A stretch of 64,000 bases of DNA, taken from Azolla caroliniana (taxonomy: Eukaryota > Plantae > Polypodiophyta). The position numbers and the translations under genes are program-made. Location of the stretch: positions 16,988,001 through 17,052,000 of the forward strand of contig JBHGNT010000006.1 in assembly GCA_043228905.1 (NCBI GenBank), written 5' to 3'. Below are positions 51,925 through 62,360 of the stretch, piece after piece. Position 1 is the first letter of the stretch. Each line of letters starts with the position of its first letter. The notes under the pieces were generated by a model. That model made no database searches. It was not told the DNA's origin and was given only the letters and a program-made list of their open reading frames with translations.

Positions 51925-54900
51925 AAGCAAGGATCGGTTTTCTCCCATAGGAACCCAATTTTGGCGCATACCTGTAGATGCGCAGTTAGGTGGGGGCAGA
52001 TGTCGTGAAGAAAAACTGTCCCCAGGCGCAAACCGTGTATGGTGTGTGTGAACCGGCCCTTACACGTGGGCACGCCCCTTGTTGTATAGTGGATAGGTAG
52101 ACACAAAGGTCAAATCCTAGATAGCAATATTCTATAGGGGAAATCGAGGAGTATCTCTGCCCGAAAGGACAGAGAATTAATGTGATGTAAACGGGTGAAA
52201 CGGCCTCCCTCCTTGAGTTATAAAAGAGAGGGAGACGGGGAGAGAAGGGATCGTGCGCTAGAGGGGACGAAGTGTTGTCGGACTGGGACCGAGCTCTCCT
52301 TCTCTGTCGTTCTCCATAGCTTTCTTTTGCGTAGGTTCTCAGGAGGTTGATCCTGCTCCGTGGAACGCCCGTGTGCTTTCGGCAAAATCTCCATCTTGCT
52401 CTCCTGTGTGCGTGGGTGATCAGGCGTCGGCATCCATCTCACTGACCTGATCGGCTGTAACCGTTCGAGTCGTCTGCATACATACAAATACATACACATA
52501 TTTATATACATACGCTAGCGTTCTCAACTCCTGTCTCTTGTGTTGTTGGGCCGCGTCCCCGTGCGCCTCTTTGTCTATATGTGTGTGAGTGTCTCTTGCT
52601 CTCTCGCTCTCTCTCTCTCTCTCCCTCTTCTCACCTATTCCTCGGTCCAAGACCCCAGTGGTCCCGCCTTGTTCTCCACGCACGCGCGTACCAACGCGAC
52701 AGCGTGCAAGGCATTCTTGATGGAGGTTTGCTCGCCTTCTTTCCCAAATGGGACATTGCCGATGTGCTGAATGGGGTGCATGGTGTCGTCTCCCGTCTCT
52801 ATGAAGCCGTGTCGATCCGGCGTTCGTACGACGTTCGTAAATCACGAAACCACTCTTTGTGAGATGTCATGTGATGTGAGGCGCCGGAATTTTCGAACCA
52901 CACGTCTTTTGAATTGGAGGTGCTTGCGGAGTCATAGGCCGTCATAGAGTTCGCTCTATGCCTCATTACGAATAGTCCACCGTAATCATCATATTCGGAG
53001 TTGACAACGTAATTCGTGTGTTGTGGATTTGTGGAAGCTAACTCGCTTCTTTTCTTCCGACACTCTGCCTCATAGTGGTCGATTTTGCCACAATAATTGC
53101 AAGTTGTGGGCCTCGTTTGCCGATCTTGTTCAGCTTGGAAGCTCCCCCTTCTTTCGAAGGTTCCTCGATGGCTTCCTCTTCTACCGCCACAACCTCTTCC
53201 TCGACCACCGTCCGAATTCGAGAAGAACATTTGTCCTTCCGGTGCCTTGCTTTTGCTTCAGACATGGTTTTCTTTGACCAATAACATCAATTGGAGGTCG
53301 AAGAATGAAGGAGGGTTTTCTCTCGCCAAGACTGCCGTCCGTAGTGGATCAAATTGTTGTGCGAGGCCGCCCAAGCATACTTGAACCATCTCGTCTTCGT
53401 CGACGTTTATGTTGATGGAGCCAAGCGAGTCACAAATGCTCTTGATTTTGGCGGTGTAGTCTGACACAGACATGTCTTTTTGCCGAATGTTATTCAACTG
53501 TTGTCGAAGTTGAAGTTTGTGGGCCGTCATGTTGGCGGCGAACATTTTCTTTAAGTTCTCCCACACCTCTTTAGGCATCCTGGTGTCTCAAATGTGGCTA
53601 AGCATGTGGTCGTGGACACATGTTGCCAAGCAATACATTACCCGACTCGCTCCTTGCTCCCACGTTGGGTAGTTGGCGTTTGTGTTGTCAGGCTTGTTCT
53701 CGAGTGTGTCGTTGATGTAGCTCCAATACCATTGGTTGACAAGGTATTGGGTCCTCTTGTACTCCCAAGATGAATAATTGCTCCGGTCTAGCTTTTCGCT
53801 AGGGAGCGAGCTACCCATTTGTGTGTTCATGTTGTTTTGTGTCTTCCTTGTTGGCTCTTCTTTCTTCGATCACGTACTTGTGCTATGTAGCGGATGGCCG
53901 GAATTTGTCGTTGGCGTTTTGAACACACAATCACGGCGTGTCGGGTGGGCTTAGTGGATATGCTAAACCACACACTCTGATACCATGTTAAGGATTAGGT
54001 AATTAATTAAGGAATAATTATTACCTAATTATGTGAAGTTAAGCGATTATGTAGCGGAAGATTAAGTGATATGTGCGTGAGAGGAAGAGAGAGAGAAGTA
54101 CCCTTATGAACACCAAAAGATGGGGGATGAGTAAACTAGAGTGTATATTATAAAACATCATTAAATACAAAAATACCTTCAATGAGGTATATATAGGTTT
54201 CATGTGCTAGGAGAATATAGGTACAACATGTAAGTCCTAGATTAAATGAGCATGGAGTGGTGGATCTACAATGTATCCCACTCAAGTACAAAATCCTATT
54301 TAAGGCTTTATGGTCAACACACTAACTAAATTCTATCTAGGTAACTAGTAAGTTACATGTGTTGACTAACTAACTAAACTAAGTTGAGCTTGATCTCTCA
54401 ACAATGAGTAAAACATCAATAGGGGAACTCATATGATTTCAATTGTGCTCTAAGGCTCAATAATATGAGTTAAACGTAGATGAGCCGTTGGAAAAAATCG
54501 TTCAAAAAATGACATGATGCCCACTCAATATTAAAAAATAGTCTACTTGAATCGTTACACCATTAAACGTACTTAAATAGTGTAGATGAAGTTAAAATAA
54601 GGGCAAGAAAGAGAGTTAATTGTGGGTGTGGGTAAATGACAATTACTAGAAAATCATATAAAAGTGAAACGAAAATTTGGGTAATTAGAAATTAATTAGA
54701 ATAATAATCAATTACGTGTATGAATCATTAAGCATGCCTTAAGGTATGAAACCCTAAGGTAGTCAACATGCACCTCCTCAAGACCACCACATCTCCCTAG
54801 AATCGGCCAATTGATGGCTCAATAAAGAGTAAAGTGGCATAGGTAAGCGACATATACCTCGTCATGGCCACAACATCTCATAGACTTGGCCAACTGATGG

Positions 54901-55383
54901 CTCAACAGAGGGAAGAGTGGCCTACTCAACATTGTATGCAAAAGGGCCATGAGGTCAGCGTGTGCGATTAGGGCAAACACGCTCGACCCAATGCACAACA
55001 ATAATTAATATCGTAAGAGAAGGCTCAAGAGAAGGGAGAGTGGGATATACATTGCAATATGCAAAAGGGCCATGAGTTGATCGTGTGCAATTAGTGCAAA
55101 CATGCTCGACCCGATACATAAGTAGATTAACATCGTATGATAGTAGAAAGAAGAAAGAAAAGAAAAGAAAACGTAATACCACTTCCATATGACCAAGAAG
55201 AAAGCATCATAGAAAAGAAAAGAGAGATCGAGAAAGAAGAATACCGGGTTAAGAATGTTGTTTTGATCCTGTGAAGAGCATGACGAGCCTTGTTAGATCC
55301 CCATCGCTCACACGCAAAAAACATCGAAACAACAACAAAAATTGTTAGTAAAAGCTCTAATACCACTGTTAAGAGTCTATTAT

Positions 55384-58300
55384 TGTTGAGAGATCAAGCT
55401 CACCTTAGTTTAGTTAGTTCGTCAACCATGTAACTTCGTAGTTACCTACATAGAATCTTGTTATAAGTGTTGACTATAACACCTTAAATAGGACCTTGTA
55501 CTTAAGTGGGATATTCTAGATCCTCCACTCCTAAGTACATTTAGTATAGGACTTACACATTAGTACCATTGTGTGTTCGAGACGTTGACGACAAAATCCA
55601 GCAATCGGCTACCGTAGTGCCGCTACGTAGTAGGTGTACGTGATCGAAGGAAGAAAAGAAAGAAAAGAGAAGACACTACAATCAACATGAACACACAAAT
55701 GGGTAGCTCGCTCCCTAGTGAAAAGCTAGACTGGAGCAATTATTCATCTTGGGAGTACAAGATGACCCAATACCTCGTCAGCCATGGGTATTGGAGCTAC
55801 ATCAACGACGCTCAAGAAAATCGACTCGACTCAAAGAACACCAACTACGCCACATGGGAGCAAGCAACTAGTTGAGTCATGTATTGCTTGGCAATAGGTG
55901 TCCACGACCACATGCTTAACCACATTCGAGACGCCAAGACGCCTAAAGAAGCGTGGGCAAACTTAAAGAAAATGTTCACCGCCAACACAACCGCCCGAAA
56001 GCTTCAACTCTGACAAGAGTTGAATAACATTTGGCAAGAAGATATGTCTGTGTCAGACCACACCGCCAATATCAAGATCATTTGCGATTCGCTTAGCTCT
56101 ATCAAAATAATCGTCGACGAAGACAAGATGGTTCAAGTATGTTTGGGCGGCCTCGCACAACAATTCGACTCGTTGAGGACGGCAATGTTGAAGAGGGAAA
56201 ATCCTCCTTCATTCTTTGACCTTCAATCAATGCTAATGGTTGAAGAGAACCATGTCCAAACCAAAACCAAGACATCGGAAGGACAAATGTTCTTCTCAAA
56301 TTTTGATGGTGACCGAGGACGAAGTCGAGGCGGTAGAAGAGGCCAATTCGACCCATCACACGAGGGGAACTCAAACCTTCACGGAAGCCATCGAGGAACC
56401 TTTGGAAGAAGGGGGAGCTTCCATGCCGAACAAGGTTGGCAAACGAAGCCTGCAACTTGCAATTATTGCGGCAAAGTCGGCTACTACGAGGCGGAGTGTT
56501 GGAAAAAGAGAACTGAATTAGCTTCAACAAGTCGATAACTCATAAACTACGCATCGAACTCCGACTACGACAATCGTAGCGGAATGTTCACGAATCACGC
56601 ATCGAATTCCGACTACGGAGACCATGGCGAAATGTTCGTAATGAGGCATAGAGCGAACTCTATGACGGTCTCCAACTCCACAAGCACCTCCAATTCGGAA
56701 GATGTGTGGTTTGTCGATTCCGACGCCTCACATCACATGACATCCCACAAGGAGTGCTTCAATGAATTGCGTACACCGGATCGACCCGGCTTCATAGAGA
56801 CGGGAGATGACACCACGCATCCAATTCGGCACATCGACAACGTTCCATTTGGCAACGGTGGCAAGAACAATCACATCAAGAATGTCTTGCATGTGCCAAT
56901 GATAAGGAAGAATTTGGTCTCGGTAGGACAAATCGTGGAGCAAGGAATGGAAGTTCGCTTCAACAAAGAAGGATTGTTCATCGAGAAAGATGGCCGACTC
57001 ATAGTGAAGGGGCGGAGAGATGGCCGAATGTTCATCCTTGATTCAAATGAGGTGAAATCGGCAATGTACGCCAAACGTCTCAAAACCGAGACAAGCATCG
57101 AGTTGTGGCACAAGAGAATCGGCCACATAAACCTCCAACGGCTTTGAGCGATGCAAACCAAGGGAGTCGTCATCGGACTTCTGACATTTGAGTCGAAACA
57201 AGTCGACCGAGTATGCGAAGCGTGTCAACTGGGCAAACAATGACTCCCATTCCCAAAGGAGAGCCATGCAAGCAAAGGCCTCCTCGATGTTATACACTTG
57301 GATGTATGGGGACCGGCTCAAACGCTGACGATCAGCAGATGCCAATACTATGTAACCTTCATCGATGACTACTCGTGCTACGCGTGGATCTACCCAATGA
57401 AGAAGAAAAGAGAAGTGCTCTCCCACTTCCAAAAGCTCAAGGGCCAAGTCGAAAAATGAACCCGGTCGGCACATTTGATGCCTACGATCGGATGGGGGCA
57501 AGGAGTACTTCTCTGACGAATTCACCTCCTACCTCCAAAGTGAAGGCATTCATAGAGAATTCTCATGCCGACACACACCCCAACAAAATGTAATAGCCGA
57601 AAGGAAGAATCGGCAAATACTCGAGGTAGCATGTGGCATGATATATGAGAAGCACATGCCAAATTTCTATTGGGTCGACGCGGCATCCACGGCCTGTCGC
57701 CCCTCAAGGTGTTCGGAAGCATTGCGAATGTACGCATCCCGAACGAACAATGACAAAAGCCCGACGCGAAGTTGGAGGAATGTATCCTCATAGGATACTC
57801 ATTTGAGAAGAAGGCGTACAAGTGCTACAACCCTTCTACCCGAGTGGTTCGGGTAAGTTGAGACGTAGTCTTCGACGAGTCCGCATCCTGGTATGCATGA
57901 GAAACAACTTCGACTCCGACTATGCTCGACCCGGAATCCGCCGAACAAGAGGTAGAAGATGGAGATCGCTTTGAACACATGTTCGAAGAATGTCCGATTA
58001 CGACAAGGCCTAGTGGGCCACAAGAGCCCCCACGCGACCCAAGCATGTTGCGGCCAAATACGAACTTGGAGAAAGGTAAAGGTAAGATGCCCGAATACGA
58101 AGTCGACCACCCCGACGACAATGATTCGGATGGATCGACTCCCTCACTAGACAGTGAGTTTGATGTACCCATTAGGCGTACACCCGAACCAGAGTAAAGA
58201 AGGCGCTCACATCGGTGAGCGAAAAACTTCAACGCTCTTCTAGAGAGAAGAATCCCGTCGCCCGGCTCGACTACATCGAGTACATGGCCCATCACTATGC

Positions 58301-58974
58301 CTTTGCGATGAAGGTAGCGGCTGAACAAGAGCCCAAGAGTTCCAACGAAGCGGCTCGTAACCCATGATGGGTGGAAGTAGTCAGCCTTCATCACCGGCTT
58401 GAGGTGGAGGACCCGAGATTGCCACAGTGACGAAAGTCAAAGGCCGGACGGAAGTTGCACAGAAGCCGACATCGAAAGCCGGACAACGCTGAAAGCCAAA
58501 GCGGATGTCGGGCACCTCACACTTGAGCTTGACGGGGCGTGTTGAGAGATCATGCTCAACTTAGTTTTGTTAGTTAGTCAACCATGTAACTTCGTAGTTA
58601 CCTACATAGAATCTTGTTAGAAGTGTTGACTATAACGCCTTAAATAGGTCCTTGTACTTAAGTGGGATATTCTAGATCCTCCACTCCTAAGTACATTTAA
58701 TATAGGACTTACACATTAGTACCTATATTCTACTCACACGTGCACCTTTGCACATGAGATGTATATATACCTCATTGTGGGTATTTTTGTATTTGATGAT
58801 GATAATGTTAATTTAATATACTTACTCATCCTCGAGCGTGTGTTGTTTAAGTGTATCTCTCTCTCTGTCTTCCTCTCACACACATACACACACATATCAC
58901 TTAATCTTCCACTTATCAACTAATCACATAATTAGGTAGTAATTAATCCTTGCTTAATCACCTAATTCTTTACA
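55384..58974 (+). mobile_element. Copia family A, copy I: gag-PR-IN, no RT/RNase H; 5' LTR/PBS partly deleted; inside the 5' LTR of L
   Basis: 5' LTR remnant 55384-55567; 3' LTR 58540-58974; TSD ATTAT/ATTAC; gag ATG 55687; collinear with H. Confidence 0.9.
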
Positions 58975-60064
58975 ATTACTAATCAATAGACCGAACTAAA
59001 GTAAAAGAAGGAAAATAGAATGGATAGAAGAACCCGTTCCACCCGACCACCCCCTAGCTATGATCTAGACATAGACAACGTAGCACCGACGTCCCATACC
59101 ACGAGATATTAAGATGACTAATACCTTGGAAGAGATAAACACGATCGTTGAGACGAAAGCCTAGCCCGCATCACCGGTGTCTAAGACAGCAACCTTCTGA
59201 CGTAATGTGATTATGAGGGTAGCTAAGCCTCATATTTATATCTTTTCCTAGGCCCCTTGAATAAATGTGCCTTTCTAAAAGGCTCTCCATTCATTGGTTG
59301 TCCAAATCATGATAGTGCATGCACCTATCATTCCTTCTATCCAATCATTAGTCCCCTTTTTAATATTAGTGAACATACCCTTCACTAATGTAAATATTGG
59401 TGACCTACCCTCACCAACGTTATGTGTACATAACAGTGTGTGTGTGTGTGTGTGTGTATGAAAGTATTGTAACTTGTATGACCGTGTATGACCTATATAT
59501 ATAGTAATATGTGAAATATGTATGTATGTACCTGTATGCATATATGCATGTGTCAATGCACATGATTTAATGTATCTGGATGCGTGTTTATAATATGTGC
59601 ATAATATGTATGTATATATCTAATGTATGTATGTGAATGCATATATGTACTATTATAGTGTGTATGACCATGTGTGTGTCTATGTTCGTGGATGTGGTGA
59701 TATGTATGTACATATGTAATGTATATATGTATGTGTATGGATGTATGTTTGTAAAATTTGTATATGTAACATTGTAGGCATGTGTACGTATATATGTGGA
59801 GCAATCTATGAATGAATATATGTATGTACATGTATGAATGTACGTATGTGTATATATGTAATGTATTATTTTTGGGATATTTTCATGTCTAGTATGTGTA
59901 TGGATCGTATATGAATTTATGTTTTCAATATGTACGTAATATGCAGTCATATATCCGATGTGTGTGTATGTATGTAAGTATATATGTAAGTATTGTTGGT
60001 TGTATGGTTCCATAAAACCTACATATATATATACATATATATGGCGATATGTGGAATATGTATG

Positions 60065-60098
<34 letters not shown>

Positions 60099-60133
60099 TA
60101 CATATTCCACATATCGCCATATATATATGTATG

Positions 60134-61004
60134 CATAGATTGACACATGCGTGATATTCTCCATGCGCAATATTCTCCATATTCGAGAATACAAAATGGC
60201 CCCAAGAATATTAAAAAACCATTCATTTTGTAAATAAATATAAAAAATTTATTTATTTATTAAAATAAATGTATTTCACCAAAAAAAACAATTATTCATT
60301 AATAGATTATGGCCCCAAGAATATTAAAAAACCATTCGTTTTGTAAATAAATATAAAAAATTTATTTATTTATCAAAATAAATGTATTTCACCAAAAAAA
60401 TAACTATTCATTAATAGATTATGGCCCCAAGAATATTAAAAAACCGTTCGTTTTGTAAATAAATATAAAAAGTTTATTTATTTATTAAAATAAATGTATT
60501 TCACCAAAAATAATAATTATTCATTACTAGATTATAGTGTCAAGAGAGTTTATGAAACTTATTTTAATTAATTTATTTTTTTTAAACGAATATTTTTATA
60601 TTTATTATACAAATATGATTACTAATTAGTATGAACTTTGAAGATATGATTAGTTTGAAGTACTATTTTTAATGTCAAGATAAAAATATCTATAAATTTT
60701 GAGAAAATAAAAAGTGAGAAATTAATGAGCCTTTATTTTATTTTATTTATTTATTAAAAAAATGAATACTTATAAGTTATACATTTATTATAAAATTTTA
60801 GTAGTGTGAAGTCCCCAAAGTCCCTCTTTTATTATACTTATTTATTGTTAAGTTCCTTTCTTTTTATCCTAGGAAATTTTTTTTTTAAAGTTTTTTTTTT
60901 TTTGGGGGGGGGGGGGGTTTAACGAATACTTGACTACCCATTCGTATTCGTATTCGTTTGCATTCAAATGGGAAACCCGACGAATGCGAATATGTCAATC
61001 TATG
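60134..61004. mobile_element. Non-autonomous hAT-type element / MITE (871 bp)
   Basis: 12-bp perfect TIR CATAGATTGACA / TGTCAATCTATG; 8-bp flanks TATGTATG (low complexity); subterminal TATTCG/CGAAT motifs; no ORF. Confidence 0.75.
60196..60534 (+). repeat. 3 x 112-113 bp AT-rich tandem repeat inside the MITE
   Basis: Units begin ATGGCCCCAAGAATATT at 60196, 60309 and 60421. Confidence 0.95.
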
Positions 61005-61181
61005 TATGTATGTATGTATATGTATATATGTAATGCACTGTATGTATGTGTATGTAAATTTGTATATTGTGTAATATGAATGGATCATATGATATGTAAT
61101 ATGTAATTTTTATGCATGTGTTAACATCTGTCAATACATATAACTTATTATAATATGTAGGTAGTATGTATGCATTTACAT

Positions 61182-61457
61182 TTTTATTTGTTTTATTTTT
61201 TTTCCAAAATGAAGCTACTTTCCCATTAGTTAGGAAGGATTATTACAAAGAGACTGTACAATGAGGCTTATACATAGAACGGGGAATCTCCCTCCGATTA
61301 GGTTCAAGAAAATGAGACTAGTTACATCGCCTTTCGGATTGACTACTTAATGTAAGTACCTATAGCTAAAAACGGTGCCCTTCAGTGATGGCTAGTGAGA
61401 GACACCTCTTGGGGTCGACAATGAAAGGAGGGTGGTAAGTGAGCCGGAAACAAATAG
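61182..61457 (-). mobile_element. Short poly(A)-tailed retro-insert (truncated LINE 3' end or SINE)
   Basis: T-rich left end; the flanks rejoin to match the uninterrupted paralog at 61712-61774. Confidence 0.55.
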
Positions 61458-61774
61458 TTGTATTTATGTATGTGTATGTACATATCTACATATTGTAATA
61501 TATATTTGTATACATATTCATGTTTAGTCAATATGCCTGTATAAATGGGTGTAATGTATGTATATACATATTTATGAATGTAATGTTTAAATGTAGGTAC
61601 ATATATGTATGTATGCATGTATATGTATGTATGCCACACCAAATTTGACTGTTGTTTGCACAATATATTCTTTATTATCTCATTGAAATATCTAATATTT
61701 CATGGGCTTATTATAATATGTATGTAGCATGTATGCATTTACATATTTGTATTTATGTATGTGTATGTACATAT

Positions 61775-62360
61775 TGTGGTATTACCACGGATCCTAACCA
61801 AGGCCCACCTAACCAAGGTCACATTGACCACACCCAAATTAGGCCCCTACCAAGCCCCCATAATTAAAAGAGCTAATTGGAGCGGGAAAACACCCACCAC
61901 GCTAAAAGTAGCCTATAAGATGTACTAAGAGTAGCCTATAAGATGTAACTTAGAACGTAATGGAATGGGTGCTATTTTGAGAGCATTTCACATCTTGGTG
62001 GAGAAGACGGTCAAAGCAATCTGAACTCATGGCCCCAACAACACACGCCACGATGCAAAACGACAACAACAACGACAACGCAAACTCCATGAATCCAGAA
62101 TTCCTACAACAACAAACTCAAGAACATCAACCCACATCGCCAATCAACCAACTGGTTCAGGCCCTGTCCAACATTATTTTACAAGTTAACCATACTAACC
62201 AAGCCATGTTGTCATTCCTCTTGGCATGATTTGAGCCACAATAGAATCTCCCAGACCGTTGAGTTTGCCCAAAACCATTCTCCGGCCTACCATCGAAAGA
62301 CGTCCTCTCTTGGCTGGATCATTTCGAAATGGTGGCCAGTTACCACTAGTGGCCACACCC
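61775..62360 (+). mobile_element. 5' part of gypsy-type element O: 218-bp LTR (61775-61992), PBS and gag start; interrupted by P
   Basis: TGTGG...TTCACA; TGGTGGAGAAGACGG at 61996-62010; gag from ATG 62029 reading through stops to PKPFSGLPSKDVLSWLDHFEMVA. Confidence 0.7.

Larger units (their letters stand above)
45598..52701 (+). mobile_element. GC-rich non-chromovirus Ty3/gypsy element K, tRNA-Trp primed
   Basis: LTRs 45598-46280 and 52001-52701; PPT 51988-52000; apparent 4-bp TSD GCAT/GCGT; order gag-PR-RT-RH-IN. Confidence 0.93.
43422..54403 (-). mobile_element. Copia family A, copy H: gag-PR-IN, no RT/RNase H; interrupted by K
   Basis: LTRs 43422-43858 and 53986-54403; perfect TSD ATGAG; PBS rc 53975-53985; PPT rc 43859-43868; gag 53830-52800, IN 45574-44039. 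Confidence 0.92.
33222..59435 (-). mobile_element. Ty3/gypsy chromovirus L (Reina/Tekay-like), host to J, H, K and I
   Basis: 3' LTR 33222-33694; 5' LTR 55367-55383 plus 58975-59435; TSD GTGTG; PBS rc 55354-55365; PPT rc 33695-33708. Confidence 0.92.
59436..61774. repeat. Continuation of the TATG-rich tract, carrying small insertions
   Basis: Same composition as 31790-33221 and joined to it across the L TSD. Confidence 0.85.

Noticed and set aside
47356-52106. Numerous minus-strand ORFs within K (and within G)
   Set aside because: They are antisense shadows of GC-rich coding sequence with no motifs.
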